Sequence record: PQ330092.1
Reading direction: 5' to 3' (one strand)
DNA length: 64,000 nucleotides
The translations under genes were made by a program, and so were the position numbers. Below, piece by piece: positions 1 to 11,847 of this stretch. Position 1 is the stretch's first letter. The number at the start of each line of letters is the position of its first letter. Under the pieces are notes generated by a model. The model saw only the letters and a program-made list of their open reading frames with translations, made no database searches and had not been told where the DNA came from.

Positions 1-4
1 AGGT

Positions 5-1759
5 TTGGAAGACTATACAACGAATCTAACTGCTCTTGCAAAAGAAGGCAAACTAGATCCTATGATTGGTCGCCAGAAAGAATTGTCTGCATTGATTGAG
101 ACTCTTGCTCGCAAAACCAAAAAGAATGCTATTCTCACTGGTGAAGCTGGTGTAGGTAAAACACAAATCATCGACGGGCTTGCACAAGCTATTGCTGATG
201 GTAACGTACCTGAACACCTGAAAGACGTTGAAATTCTTTCACTAAATGTTGGTGCATTGACTGCTGGTACTAAGTATCGTGGTGAATTTGAAGAACGCAT
301 CGACAATTTGCTAAAAGAACTAAAGAAACGTGAAAATACTATTGTTTTCATTGATGAAATTCATATTATGGTTGGGGCTGGTTCCGCAAGTAATGGTTCT
401 ATGGACATGAGCAATATGCTTAAGCCAGCACTTTCACGTGGTGAGATTCGTGTAATTGGTGCAACAACATATGATGAATATCGTAAAAATATCGAGAAAG
501 ATAGTGCATTAACTCGTCGTTTTATGAAAATTGACGTAGTTGAGCCGACAATTGATGAAACTCGTGCAATTGTTAATGGTTTGAAACCAACGTATGAAAA
601 ATTCCATAATGTTGAGTTCACATCTGATGCAATGGATGCTGTAATTTCTCTCAGTGATAAATTCCTGAAGAATAAGCACTTCCCAGATAAAGCAATTGAT
701 CTAATGGATGCTGCTGCGGCTAAAGTTCGTTCACGTGACAACAATAGTAAGCTTATTACTGCCAATTTGATTCAAGAAGTTGTTGCTGGTATTGCCAATT
801 TGGATATCAACGTGGTTGCATGTACTGAAAGTGATCGTATGCGTAATCTACCAGATGCACTACGCTCACGTGTATACGGTCAAGAGGAAGCTATTCAAAA
901 ATTAGTTGATAACGTGATGGTAGCTCGTGCAGGACTGCGTGACAAATCTAGTGTTCAGGGTGCATTTATGTTTGTTGGACCATCTGGTACTGGTAAAACA
1001 GAAATTACCAAAGCATTAGCAGACGCAACTGGTGCGGAACTCATTCGCTTTGATATGTCAGAATTTTCTCAAGAACATACTGTTTCTAAACTAATTGGTT
1101 CACCTCCAGGTTATGTTGGTCATGATTCTGGTAACGGTTTACTGTTGGATAAAATTGAGCAGTTCCCTAATGCAGTACTGTTACTTGATGAAATTGAAAA
1201 AGCAGATCGTAAAGTACTACTAACCTTCCTACAGGTTTTGGATGAAGGTCGTCTGACTGGTTCTCAAGGTAAAACTGTATATTTTAATAACGTAACTGTT
1301 ATTATGACTACAAACCTTGGTGCGGCTGATTCAACAAAGCGTAGCATTGGTATGAGCGGTAGTGACACTGCACAGGACAAGGCAATTAAAGCATTCTTGC
1401 CACCAGAGTTTATTAACCGTATTGATAGTATCGTTACGTTTAAAGACCTAAGCAGTGAAGCTATTGACAGCATCATTGATAAGTTCATGGGTGGTTTGAA
1501 TGAACAAGTCAAAGACCGTAATGTTAAAGTTACATTAACAAAAGCTGCACGTGAATGGCTTGCGAAAAATGGGGTAAAAGTTGGTATGGGTGCACGTCCA
1601 ATGAAACGTACCATTGAACAAAACATTCGTGTGCCACTAGCTAAAGAAATGTTGTGTGGTTCACTTGTGAATGGTGGTAACATTACATTTGATGTTATTG
1701 ATGGTAAAATCGGTATTAAGCCGAAACGTACCAAAGCTGTAGATAAAGCACTAGTATAA
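5..1759 (+). CDS. clpA: ClpA-like AAA+ ATPase/unfoldase, 5'-truncated by the window edge
   Basis: Two AAA+ modules ([13 protein letters not shown]; [16 protein letters not shown]), pore loops GTKYRG and GYVG, short inter-domain linker without a ClpB middle domain; frame is open to the window start. Confidence 0.88.
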   Translation: MEDYTTNLTALAKEGKLDPMIGRQKELSALIETLARKTKKNAILTGEAGVGKTQIIDGLAQAIADGNVPEHLKDVEILSLNVGALTAGTKYRGEFEERIDNLLKELKKRENTIVFIDEIHIMVGAGSASNGSMDMSNMLKPALSRGEIRVIGATTYDEYRKNIEKDSALTRRFMKIDVVEPTIDETRAIVNGLKPTYEKFHNVEFTSDAMDAVISLSDKFLKNKHFPDKAIDLMDAAAAKVRSRDNNSKLITANLIQEVVAGIANLDINVVACTESDRMRNLPDALRSRVYGQEEAIQKLVDNVMVARAGLRDKSSVQGAFMFVGPSGTGKTEITKALADATGAELIRFDMSEFSQEHTVSKLIGSPPGYVGHDSGNGLLLDKIEQFPNAVLLLDEIEKADRKVLLTFLQVLDEGRLTGSQGKTVYFNNVTVIMTTNLGAADSTKRSIGMSGSDTAQDKAIKAFLPPEFINRIDSIVTFKDLSSEAIDSIIDKFMGGLNEQVKDRNVKVTLTKAAREWLAKNGVKVGMGARPMKRTIEQNIRVPLAKEMLCGSLVNGGNITFDVIDGKIGIKPKRTKAVDKALV

Positions 1760-1765
1760 AAAAAG

Positions 1766-1795
1766 AAAAGGAGAGCATTATGCTCTCCTTTTTTT
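1766..1795. terminator. Bidirectional intrinsic terminator between convergent genes
   Basis: AAAAGGAGAGCA-TTA-TGCTCTCCTTTT, A-run before and T-run after. Confidence 0.85.
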
Positions 1796-1796
1796 A

Positions 1797-4700
1797 TTAC
1801 TTAACTAATAATATATTTTTAATATCATTACCACTAACTTGTAGACTATCAGTGTATACTGAAAGATCTATAGTGTAACTATTTTGTGTGTAACGTTTTA
1901 ACATATCATAATTACCTAAATTAATTCCATTGAAAGAATATGTAGTATTAAGTTTAAAATCATGTTCTGCACTATACATTACACCACGGAGTAAATTATT
2001 TGCATTTCTAACTTCAACTTTTTCATATCCAATCGATATAATATCATTCATGTTTGCGGCTGAACCGGATAAAACATTATTTCTAATACTATAAGGACTT
2101 ATTGATTTAGGTTGAGAAACATAGGTTGTATTTTCTTCACTAATGGTTGTGATGTTAGTAACAGTACCACCAACAACACCGATATACATACCGTCAACCA
2201 TTGGGAATCCATAAACCCATATCCCTTCATTATTTCTAAACGGTTGAATAACACTTGAATCATATTCGATAACGTTGATTTCTAAACTATCAGTCATTTT
2301 AGTTCTTGCCAATTCACTAAGAACTCCCGCACCCGTAATTGGTAAGTTATAACCGTTATCGATAGTAATTCCATCAACATCAAATATTTCATTAGAGATT
2401 ATCCAAACGTCAACGTCATCTGGTGTTATTCCGTCATTGTACTTACCACCATTTAAAGTAGTATCGTAGAAAACATCATAATTAATTACATCAATGGTGT
2501 AATTTCTATTTTGTTCATACAATTTAATACCATTCTTGACAAATTCAGGGTCAGCAAATGTTCTAACACGAACAATGTTCAATGCTAGAGGCTGTACTGG
2601 CTCATTTTGTTGTGCAAGAGTGATGTTATCATAACGGAGAACTGCACCAGTACTCTCATCAATCAATTCAATCGTTTCCTTACCTGTATTTCTTACAGTG
2701 AATAGGATCGGAGTTGTATTGTTTTTGATGTTAGATACACGCAAGATTGTTTCCCATGTGTGATTTTGATATCTCACAAAATCTTCACCATCAGGAGTGA
2801 AAATCATCACCTTATCACCATCAGATAGGTCATTGTCAACTATTTCTGCTTCAGTTAAGCTATTAATAGATCTCACACGATAGAAATATTTTTCATCAAA
2901 CTTCGATGTTGTTTTATTAATATCATTTTCAATCTTAGCATATGAAGGAATACTTACAATTGCTTCTGTATGTTTATATGGATTGATAATTGCCATACCT
3001 TCAGTTTGATATCTGCTGTTATCACGTAATTGTACAAGAGATACATTGTCAAACCCATATCCATCAACTGTAAATCTAATTTGACCTACATCACGCCCAG
3101 AAGGGTTTATGTCAGATATATCCACAATATAAGGATCAACTTCATCATCTTTAACTTCCCATTTTATTGAAGAAGTTTGAGATTCCAATGCTAGGTTATC
3201 AAATGCATTCATATCATTGAAGTACTTAGCTTCAGTAATACTATCAAGTATATATTGATAATCAGAATACATTGGATTATTTTGATCTAGTGGTAAATCA
3301 TCAAGATTTATTTCAGCTAGTTCAACCATTTCACCATTTGTGATAAAATAATCTTCCATGAAATCATCAATACTTTGTTCATCAGGTATACTTTGATATA
3401 CACCGTTAACATTTAAGTAAACATATTTTCGTGGAATCATTGTAATTGCATAGATATCAATTGGGGTCTTACTAAGAATCTCTTCAGCTTTTTCGTACTT
3501 ATCAGTAGCGTCTTTGTCGAATAACCCTCTCATACCTGCTAATACGTGAATAGCATCAGTATAGAAACGGGTATCACCACCTACTTCATCATAACGATAA
3601 ACATATACACCATACTCAACTTCAAGTTTAACTTTTACTTCATAGTCTGATGCGTCAGGATTTTTATCTTTAATTAATGAAATGTATTTTTGATACAATT
3701 CACTGCTTATTTCAAAATATCCATAGTTATAATCATTACTAGAAGAAAAGCCTAATGGAAGTCTAGTACTAGGATTGTCATTATAAGTAAGTCCACTAAA
3801 TCCACATCCAACTTCATCGTGAATTTTCTCATCACTTATATCTTTATAAAGTTTCAAACGGTTTGCCAATGTGTTATACTGAACATATTGTCTAAGGTCA
3901 GTAAACATATCGTTATGCGTTGATTCTTTATAAACACGTTCCAATGTAGCAGTGAATTCATCAGTTGCTTCTAAATCTTCCGCATGGTCTTTATACCACT
4001 GGTTAACGCCATATGCTGTTCCTAGTGTTACATCCAATTCTGGATAGTAGATTTGCATTTGATAAGCAATAAGAAGATCGAAAGTTTCTTCACTATATTC
4101 TGGGAAAGAATATATATAACGTTGTAATTCATAGTTACTAACAGCATCCTTTTCATTGGATTGATATTTGTTATTAACACTTACTAATTCATTTATGCTT
4201 GCCAAATCTTCATTTGGTTTACACTGAATATTATCATAATGCATAATAATATCAATTTCTTGGAATCTTCTATTTGGTGTAACGAAATCACTTGGTAGTG
4301 AACCTACCTGTTCCCATTTTTGGGTAATTTCATTAAATTGAGCGTACTCATAATCCCAAATATCTTTTTCAGTTTTGATCCAAGAACCATCAACGAAAAT
4401 ATATCCATTAGGATCTAAATCATTACATAGACCTTTTATTAAATCATCATCAGATGTCTTTTGCTCTATTTGTGAACGAATTTTAGTTCTATAAGGTTTA
4501 ACTTCTTCAAAATATTCAACAATTTGATTAATCAAATTATCGTTTGAATAGTTTTGAACTAATGATTGTTCCAAACCAACAATATAGATATATGATGTTT
4601 TAAATACCCAATCCACAACACTTTGTTCAACATGTACATATTTGACCATATCAAAAACAATTTCGCTTTGATGTAAATCGAAAGAATTTTTGAGTAAAGC

Positions 4701-7700
4701 TAGTGCTTTACGAACGTTGATTTCACGATTGCTTAGTGAACCATTATCATTATGAACACTATAATCTGCGTAAAGCATATCATTGAGTTCAACTGTACTG
4801 TTTTCACGACCAATCGCTTTCCAATAAATTGAATCGCGTGATTGTGATTTAATATACAATGTCCAAATGTTTTCACTATCGGTAACTCTGATAATATCGC
4901 CAACTTGGTAGTTTTTAGTATTAGCATCTTCTAAGCTTGACTCTTGAGTATAAGTCGTGTTACTATCATATCCAACATCATACCAATCAGCATATGACCA
5001 GTACTGAGTCATGTCTAATGAGGTTCCTAGTGATTCAACATAATCAGATTGTTTAATCATTTTATGTTGTCCCTCACCTTTGTTTTCTAACGTTATAGTA
5101 ACAACACTACCCGCGTTTGCTGGACTATTCATTAACTGAATATATCCATTTTCGTCGAAGTGAATAAAATAAACAGCACTAGAAGTTAATGGATTTGGTA
5201 GATATCCACTAGTACTTAAAATAACAGCGTCATTTTCTTTAAATTTATCACTTTCAACTGCAATAACTAATTCATTATTGTAAGACAACACACGGAAAGA
5301 AACTTCATTAGGGTTAACTTCAGTGGTTTTAACATTAAACACATCTTCCATAACAACACTATTAGTGGTTATGTTTTGTGATCTATAATAATTATTAGCA
5401 CTTTCTACAAAGTTTCTACGAGCTTCTATAACATTTTGGAACCAAGTTTTGTTTGATCCTAAACCGTTATCAACATCTGGATATAATAAATTAATCACAG
5501 AACCTGATTCAGTAGTTTCTTGTCCAATTAAAGAATTCCACATTGAATCCCAAATTAGAGGGTTAAAGTTATAACTATCACCTTCCTTGCATAGTTGGTA
5601 CTGATCATGTTTAACAACTTCAGTATTATCCATGTAATAAGAAATTGTCAAAATACTAGTATCATCATTAACTTTAAACTGCATATTACTAAGAATAAAC
5701 GAGTTTTCATTGATTGGTGCAAACCAAGGAATGTTTAACTGTGATGGATCTTTAATAATACGAGCAATATCAGTACATGATTTTGTTCTGGTATGTAGTG
5801 GTGGTACATAAATGGTATCACGTACCCAGAAGTAGTATTTTGTAACATAAGTATCAGTTGAGCTATCATATTCCAAAAATGTACTATAGTTATCTTCAAG
5901 AGCGGTTCCGCTTGGTAGATACATAGTATTATTTTTGTTTTTCTTAGCAACGTCTTTACAATACTTATCCCAATTATATGGCTCTACTGGAGAACAAACC
6001 CATTCCAACACATCAATGGTACTATGTGGTAATAAACGACCCCAGTTATAACGTTTGTATTCATTAGTTGCATCAATATCAACGTTTCCGTCTGCATCAT
6101 AAATTGCACGTGTATAATCCAAATAAAATGCAGTACTTGTATTCCACCATACTTGACCAACTTTATCAGCACCCCAAGCCTGAATTAATTCACCATTGCT
6201 ATTATATTGTGCTGGGTCTATTGGTGACGTATAAGTTACGTTTTGCATTGCTGCACCAGGAATAACCCCATTGATAGGGTCATACACATTTAGATATAAT
6301 GCAGTAATGTTAGTACGTTCATCATATGTAGTTGGACGGTCAAAAAAAGTACTTTGTGGTGCTTTGTAACTATACTTTTTGTCAATATATGCTTGACGCT
6401 CTTCTGCACTGGCAAAACGTGATACATAACGATACAAACGTGGACGTGTATCTGGATCAGTAAATTCAATATCAATAGAAGTGTCAAATGGAACTACCAT
6501 AACTTTAGGATCAGAACCAGCAGTATAATATTGACTTTCTACTGTTAAAGTATCTGGCATAAAGTTAGTTTCATCAACAAAATAATAATAATCACCATCT
6601 TCAAGTGGTACATTATCAGTTAAAGTTACTTTACAAAATTGTTCAGCATACACATCGGTATTTTCAATAGGTGTTATAGAAACCATTTGTACATTAGTAT
6701 CAACTAATTCAAAAATATTCCATAAACCATTTCCGTCTTTAAACATCCAAACAGATTCAGGGTTTTCACCTTTACCATTAGTGTAAGTTATACGGTCATT
6801 ATATGCAGTACTGAAATCTTTTGTAGTGTAAGATACTTCATCCAATGTTACTGGACCAATATCTGGAAGTTGAATGTTTTCACTTCTTCCACTACGCATC
6901 GGGAATGAGAACTTACCATTTGGACGTGTAATCCAACGAGGATCTTTACCTTGTTCGCCGAAGTATACAATATTGTTTCCATTTCCATTTGAAGTAGCGT
7001 TTACATCAAAAGATACCATTTGTGGTTGTTGTTTAAATTGGTCATTGATTAGTTTAAATTGAAGGTTTTTCTTACCATCAATATTACCATATGTACCAAT
7101 TTTAAATGCCCATTCTTGTAATGCTTTATATTCATCAGTGTCATATGATTTAGAAACACGAAGTACACGTTCTAAAACTTGGTTAGTACCTTTATCGTGA
7201 ATGAATCCTTTATAGAAATCAACACGACTAACATCACTACTAATCATACGCTGTAGATAATCACGAGATTGATAACCAATCAAATGGTTTGACAACTCTT
7301 GTAATTGTACATCACTTACTGGAGTTTCACTATCATAATAATGTTGGAAATCCGACACTAATTTTTCAAATGATGGTAGTGTTCCAGCTTCCAAGATAAT
7401 AAATCCAGGAGCTTGTAGGCGACCAGTCCATGAACCAGTAATATATCCATACATTTTAATTAGTTCTTGAATAGAACCATATGTTGGCTGATAAATGTAA
7501 TCACCAAAAATAGTTTTATCATCAAAAATAACAGCATGTTCATATGAACACAAACTTAAACGAATCAATGCAATGCGTTTATTAGATTCTAAAGTTCTAA
7601 CAGTGAAGATATTTCCAATACGAGAAGTTTCAATTTCATATTGGCGAATACCTTGGTTATTATCATCAAGTAATGACCATACACCACCATTATTTTGCGT

Positions 7701-10700
7701 AATAGATTGTACTGAACCAAAGTCTGCCCCAAATTTAGCGTTTGCAGCACTTGGGGTACAAGAAATAAATTCACCAGTTACTAGAGAATTCTGACTCCAG
7801 ATCACGAAATCTTTAGCAATAGTGTTCCAATCTTGTTGAGCACCACTATCATTTACATCTTCAAAAATCCAACCATGTTCTTTAAGATATTCACCATATC
7901 CACAAATAAAAGTATAAACTTCTTGGTAACTATTGAAAACTTTACCATATTCAATTGAAGCTTCAGACTTCCATTCATTATAATGAACAACATTACGGTT
8001 TTCCAATTTAAGAGTTACTTTTCTACCATTTTTTACGGGAAGTTTATATTTAAATTTAGCACCAACTAGATCATATCCATCAATCTGATATGCACTACCA
8101 TTCCAAGTAATTTTGATCGCACTCATTTGCTCATCACGGATATTATTAGAACGAACAAGACCAATGGTTTGGTTTTCTTGTGAAATAAGACCGAAAGATT
8201 TAGCATTGAATGTTAGCTGATCTGCTTTAGTAAATCCTCCAATTTTATGACCAACATTTATATAAGAAGAACGAACTACATCCCCATACTTGGTGGTAAT
8301 ATTTTTATTTTGATACATCAAATGGTCACTTACAAACATTTGATAACCAATGGTTCTTGTGCTATTTTCACCATGAACTACTGTATTTTTATCAAAATTA
8401 ATACGCTTACGTGTATCACCATAAAGGAATTGTGAACCATCAGTGAATACTTCTTTTAAGTTATCATTGCGGGTATCCCAGAAATAGTTAGCAAATTGTG
8501 CTGGTTTAGCTTTATACAAAAGCATCATTTGGTCATATGCAAACAATGTAGTGTTCATGTATGTAAATTCCATGTCACCCATATCACCATATGTCCAAGG
8601 TTCTGCTCTATGATTTAAAGATCCAGACACTAAACCTAAAATTTCAGGTGCAATATATTCAACCGCACAAATATCAATACCAGAAGATGTTTTATTTCCA
8701 GTTTTTGTAATTTTGAATGGCTGTACACCAAATCTTTTATATTTGTCATATTGACCACGACGATCACCAAATAAAATAGTTCCAGTACTGCTATCGCCAA
8801 TAGTTCCGTCAATATCCCAAAGACCACTAGGAACTAAATCACCTTGCTCATTCATAACAAGTGCTTCATATACATATACAACATCACTATCACGTTCACC
8901 AACTTGAACAGCCGTTGGTTCGTATTCTTGGTTCCACCAAGTTGGACGTTGTGTAAAGCCAAACATTTCCCACGGATGGGTAGCTGGGCGATATGTACCA
9001 TATTGGTCAGTGTAAATGGCACGCCATGAACCACGTGCAGGAATTTCAGTACTTTGACCATTAACTACATAATAAGTGCCAGTATAGTTCCAAGTTCTCC
9101 AATTGTTAGGATCATAATCATGTGTACTATTACTGATACCATTAGTTGCGGTGAAGTTAATGTATCCACGTAGTAATAATGTTTGTTTCTCTTCAGCACT
9201 ATATTCAGTTTTAGTGAAATATGGTGTAGGGAAAAGGTCATCACTATTCAATACTGGTACGTAATCAACATCTTTGAATTTATTATCAATACTATTAAAA
9301 ATTCTATTTTCTAATTCATATACAACATCATCCATTTTATCAACACCATTGATAACACGGTATGCTTTGGAAATAATACCAGTATGACTGATGTTATAAC
9401 AGCTTGGTTTACTACCAGCAGTGAGGAATGTCGCTTTTTCTGGTACATATGCTTGAAGAATACCTAAGAACTGTGGTGTTGGTGGTATAAATGCACGAAT
9501 GAATCCAGAAGTACTTCCAACATTATCATAATAGAATGGGAATGAACTATCACGTCCCATATTAATAGTAGTTAAAATTGCATCAACAATGTTTGCAGCA
9601 CTATTTTGTAAAAAGTCTGATGGATTTTCATCATACATACGAAGCATTTGTGTATTAAATTTATTAATGAATCTAAAATATTCAGATTGCATAAACATAG
9701 TTGCTTCAAACAAATCAATATCTTCATTTGCAGTATGTGCCATCAATGGAAGCATAGATGCTTCATTTTGGATAATTTTAGTACCTACGCCATTATTAAC
9801 CAATCCTTTAGCCAAACGTTCTTCATAGTCATTGAAATCATCAGAAGAACCACGTGTAATGTTCTTTTGAATAATATCCTGAAAATGTAAAGTGTAGTCA
9901 CCTTGGTTAATGTATATAATATTAGAATTATATGGGTTATTTTGTAGGTTGATTGGAACTTCATATGCACCTAATTCTTTATTAGGAGTTACAGTACTGC
10001 TATAAGTTCTAATTTGAATAACAGAATCTTCATCCAATTCTACAGTACTATCTAGAGTGATGCTTTGTACTTGACCTTTTGAAACATTTTTGGTATATTT
10101 GGACACATCAACACCATCAACCACAACTTCAATAATATCAGAATCATTATCTAAAACTTTTTGTGCCAATTCGAATGTATGGTCATATTTTACAATCTGA
10201 ACACCATCACCAGTAATTGGATGCCAATCTAGATAAGTTTCACGGTCAGCTTTATAGTACTGATATGTTCTATCAACTTCAATAACATATGCATACATAC
10301 CATCAACTGGTTCTTTAAAAACTTCCATATCATAAACAGTACTGAATACACGATACATATCAGTACGTTGGACTTGTGGAGTTTGTTTTACAAATTGTTT
10401 AGAGTACTCTTCTGAACGAACCCAATCGGTTTGAAGATTCATTTCATTATTTTCATCAATAATGTTATAATAGTATAAACCATCAATTTCAACTTCTTTT
10501 CCAAGATGGTCATAGGTATAACGTTGGGATTGTAAAAAGTTTTCATAAATGTAATAATTATAATCACCAAGTTCAATGTTATATCCATATACACTATCAG
10601 TTGCATAGTTGTAATTTATTTTAAAACCAAACAACTCTGAACCTTTAAAGTTACTTGATGGATATGTAGTACTGTTGTCAAGTTTGATACCATTACGATC

Positions 10701-11768
10701 ATAAAGTTGGAATTTAGGGAATACGTTAACACTAGTTTTTGATTGTGCACGAACCCACAAAGAACCATTCCAGTACATAGAACTATTACCATACTCATTA
10801 CCTTTAGTGATTAGAACAACATCACCATCTTGAGGTTCACCACTTGGGCGTGATTCGGTTTCTTCTTCTGGATCTAGTGCTAAACCATAAACACGAGTAC
10901 CATCTTGCATTTTTTTCACATATACATTATAAATTCTATTGTTTTCACCATTGTTACCAATACTGGTGAATAGAATACGCATTCCATCTTGCGGAATAAT
11001 ACCATCAATACGTATACCACTATTAATATCTTTTTGAACGATATCTTCAGGTTTAATAATATCAGAGAACAGATCAACAGTTCCACGGAATTTTGTACCG
11101 TAGTTAATTAGCTCAATATTTTTATTATATTCAATAATTGGTGCACGTGCACGAATAAAACGTGAATCTTGCATTAATTCTTCAGTTAATATTGAGCCAT
11201 CTTCTAATGTTTCACCTAAAGTATACCAAAAGTTTTGTAGTGACCATGTATTACCATTAAGTGCTCCACGTTCCATTACAATGTAATCAGGTGAAGTAAT
11301 ATTATAAGAGTTTTTAGTATCCCAAAGATATGAGCTAAAATTGTTCATTTTATTTGGGTTAATAGCTGGAGTCCATGCATAAAACTTACCGTTGAACAAA
11401 CGGCTTTCATTATCGGTTAGTGCTCCATAATGATTCATGTATCCAACTAGATCATCATAAAATTGAATTGAACGAATTGTCGAATCATCATTTTTTGAGA
11501 CGTAAGCAGTGGACAACTGATAAAGTTGACGTGCTACAGTACTTTCATGTAAGAAGATATTACCAGCAGCGGCAGGAGAACCCATATCACCAATATAGCC
11601 GTCAACTAATTCGTTTTCAGCCGGATTAAACCATTGTTGAATAACATCATCACTGACTTTTTGAATATCTTCTAAGCCTTGCATCCACTCAGGCAATCTT
11701 TTAATAAAAAGCTTCTTCTGTACTGCTTCAGCCATCTGTGTAGGTTGAAACTTAAAATTATTAGTCAT
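1797..11768 (-). CDS. Giant virion structural protein (3323 aa), probable baseplate wedge component (gp7 position)
   Basis: Uninterrupted ORF directly after gp6; own late promoter; GGAG 7 nt before ATG at 11768 (track start 11798 lacks an RBS); function inferred from synteny only. Confidence 0.6.
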   Translation of the reverse strand: MTNNFKFQPTQMAEAVQKKLFIKRLPEWMQGLEDIQKVSDDVIQQWFNPAENELVDGYIGDMGSPAAAGNIFLHESTVARQLYQLSTAYVSKNDDSTIRSIQFYDDLVGYMNHYGALTDNESRLFNGKFYAWTPAINPNKMNNFSSYLWDTKNSYNITSPDYIVMERGALNGNTWSLQNFWYTLGETLEDGSILTEELMQDSRFIRARAPIIEYNKNIELINYGTKFRGTVDLFSDIIKPEDIVQKDINSGIRIDGIIPQDGMRILFTSIGNNGENNRIYNVYVKKMQDGTRVYGLALDPEEETESRPSGEPQDGDVVLITKGNEYGNSSMYWNGSLWVRAQSKTSVNVFPKFQLYDRNGIKLDNSTTYPSSNFKGSELFGFKINYNYATDSVYGYNIELGDYNYYIYENFLQSQRYTYDHLGKEVEIDGLYYYNIIDENNEMNLQTDWVRSEEYSKQFVKQTPQVQRTDMYRVFSTVYDMEVFKEPVDGMYAYVIEVDRTYQYYKADRETYLDWHPITGDGVQIVKYDHTFELAQKVLDNDSDIIEVVVDGVDVSKYTKNVSKGQVQSITLDSTVELDEDSVIQIRTYSSTVTPNKELGAYEVPINLQNNPYNSNIIYINQGDYTLHFQDIIQKNITRGSSDDFNDYEERLAKGLVNNGVGTKIIQNEASMLPLMAHTANEDIDLFEATMFMQSEYFRFINKFNTQMLRMYDENPSDFLQNSAANIVDAILTTINMGRDSSFPFYYDNVGSTSGFIRAFIPPTPQFLGILQAYVPEKATFLTAGSKPSCYNISHTGIISKAYRVINGVDKMDDVVYELENRIFNSIDNKFKDVDYVPVLNSDDLFPTPYFTKTEYSAEEKQTLLLRGYINFTATNGISNSTHDYDPNNWRTWNYTGTYYVVNGQSTEIPARGSWRAIYTDQYGTYRPATHPWEMFGFTQRPTWWNQEYEPTAVQVGERDSDVVYVYEALVMNEQGDLVPSGLWDIDGTIGDSSTGTILFGDRRGQYDKYKRFGVQPFKITKTGNKTSSGIDICAVEYIAPEILGLVSGSLNHRAEPWTYGDMGDMEFTYMNTTLFAYDQMMLLYKAKPAQFANYFWDTRNDNLKEVFTDGSQFLYGDTRKRINFDKNTVVHGENSTRTIGYQMFVSDHLMYQNKNITTKYGDVVRSSYINVGHKIGGFTKADQLTFNAKSFGLISQENQTIGLVRSNNIRDEQMSAIKITWNGSAYQIDGYDLVGAKFKYKLPVKNGRKVTLKLENRNVVHYNEWKSEASIEYGKVFNSYQEVYTFICGYGEYLKEHGWIFEDVNDSGAQQDWNTIAKDFVIWSQNSLVTGEFISCTPSAANAKFGADFGSVQSITQNNGGVWSLLDDNNQGIRQYEIETSRIGNIFTVRTLESNKRIALIRLSLCSYEHAVIFDDKTIFGDYIYQPTYGSIQELIKMYGYITGSWTGRLQAPGFIILEAGTLPSFEKLVSDFQHYYDSETPVSDVQLQELSNHLIGYQSRDYLQRMISSDVSRVDFYKGFIHDKGTNQVLERVLRVSKSYDTDEYKALQEWAFKIGTYGNIDGKKNLQFKLINDQFKQQPQMVSFDVNATSNGNGNNIVYFGEQGKDPRWITRPNGKFSFPMRSGRSENIQLPDIGPVTLDEVSYTTKDFSTAYNDRITYTNGKGENPESVWMFKDGNGLWNIFELVDTNVQMVSITPIENTDVYAEQFCKVTLTDNVPLEDGDYYYFVDETNFMPDTLTVESQYYTAGSDPKVMVVPFDTSIDIEFTDPDTRPRLYRYVSRFASAEERQAYIDKKYSYKAPQSTFFDRPTTYDERTNITALYLNVYDPINGVIPGAAMQNVTYTSPIDPAQYNSNGELIQAWGADKVGQVWWNTSTAFYLDYTRAIYDADGNVDIDATNEYKRYNWGRLLPHSTIDVLEWVCSPVEPYNWDKYCKDVAKKNKNNTMYLPSGTALEDNYSTFLEYDSSTDTYVTKYYFWVRDTIYVPPLHTRTKSCTDIARIIKDPSQLNIPWFAPINENSFILSNMQFKVNDDTSILTISYYMDNTEVVKHDQYQLCKEGDSYNFNPLIWDSMWNSLIGQETTESGSVINLLYPDVDNGLGSNKTWFQNVIEARRNFVESANNYYRSQNITTNSVVMEDVFNVKTTEVNPNEVSFRVLSYNNELVIAVESDKFKENDAVILSTSGYLPNPLTSSAVYFIHFDENGYIQLMNSPANAGSVVTITLENKGEGQHKMIKQSDYVESLGTSLDMTQYWSYADWYDVGYDSNTTYTQESSLEDANTKNYQVGDIIRVTDSENIWTLYIKSQSRDSIYWKAIGRENSTVELNDMLYADYSVHNDNGSLSNREINVRKALALLKNSFDLHQSEIVFDMVKYVHVEQSVVDWVFKTSYIYIVGLEQSLVQNYSNDNLINQIVEYFEEVKPYRTKIRSQIEQKTSDDDLIKGLCNDLDPNGYIFVDGSWIKTEKDIWDYEYAQFNEITQKWEQVGSLPSDFVTPNRRFQEIDIIMHYDNIQCKPNEDLASINELVSVNNKYQSNEKDAVSNYELQRYIYSFPEYSEETFDLLIAYQMQIYYPELDVTLGTAYGVNQWYKDHAEDLEATDEFTATLERVYKESTHNDMFTDLRQYVQYNTLANRLKLYKDISDEKIHDEVGCGFSGLTYNDNPSTRLPLGFSSSNDYNYGYFEISSELYQKYISLIKDKNPDASDYEVKVKLEVEYGVYVYRYDEVGGDTRFYTDAIHVLAGMRGLFDKDATDKYEKAEEILSKTPIDIYAITMIPRKYVYLNVNGVYQSIPDEQSIDDFMEDYFITNGEMVELAEINLDDLPLDQNNPMYSDYQYILDSITEAKYFNDMNAFDNLALESQTSSIKWEVKDDEVDPYIVDISDINPSGRDVGQIRFTVDGYGFDNVSLVQLRDNSRYQTEGMAIINPYKHTEAIVSIPSYAKIENDINKTTSKFDEKYFYRVRSINSLTEAEIVDNDLSDGDKVMIFTPDGEDFVRYQNHTWETILRVSNIKNNTTPILFTVRNTGKETIELIDESTGAVLRYDNITLAQQNEPVQPLALNIVRVRTFADPEFVKNGIKLYEQNRNYTIDVINYDVFYDTTLNGGKYNDGITPDDVDVWIISNEIFDVDGITIDNGYNLPITGAGVLSELARTKMTDSLEINVIEYDSSVIQPFRNNEGIWVYGFPMVDGMYIGVVGGTVTNITTISEENTTYVSQPKSISPYSIRNNVLSGSAANMNDIISIGYEKVEVRNANNLLRGVMYSAEHDFKLNTTYSFNGINLGNYDMLKRYTQNSYTIDLSVYTDSLQVSGNDIKNILLVK

Positions 11769-11804
11769 TTTTGGACTCCATATAATTCGTTCATTCATTT
11801 GATT

Positions 11805-11811
11805 TATTTAT
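11805..11811 (-). promoter_or_regulatory. T4-like late promoter
   Basis: ATAAATA about 40 nt upstream of the giant structural gene. Confidence 0.65.
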
Positions 11812-11816
11812 GATAT

Positions 11817-11840
11817 AAAAAAGGCGTTCCGAAGAACGCC
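11817..11840 (-). terminator. Intrinsic terminator after gp6
   Basis: Minus strand GGCGTTC-TTCG-GAACGCC-TTTTTT (cUUCGg tetraloop). Confidence 0.9.
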
Positions 11841-11847
11841 CGTTATA

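Noticed and set aside
11769-11798. Several track start positions (11798, 23157, 24007, 34085, 41622, 42243, 47150, 49749)
   Set aside because: Downstream ATGs have properly spaced SD sequences, and the upstream extensions overlap promoters or neighbouring genes
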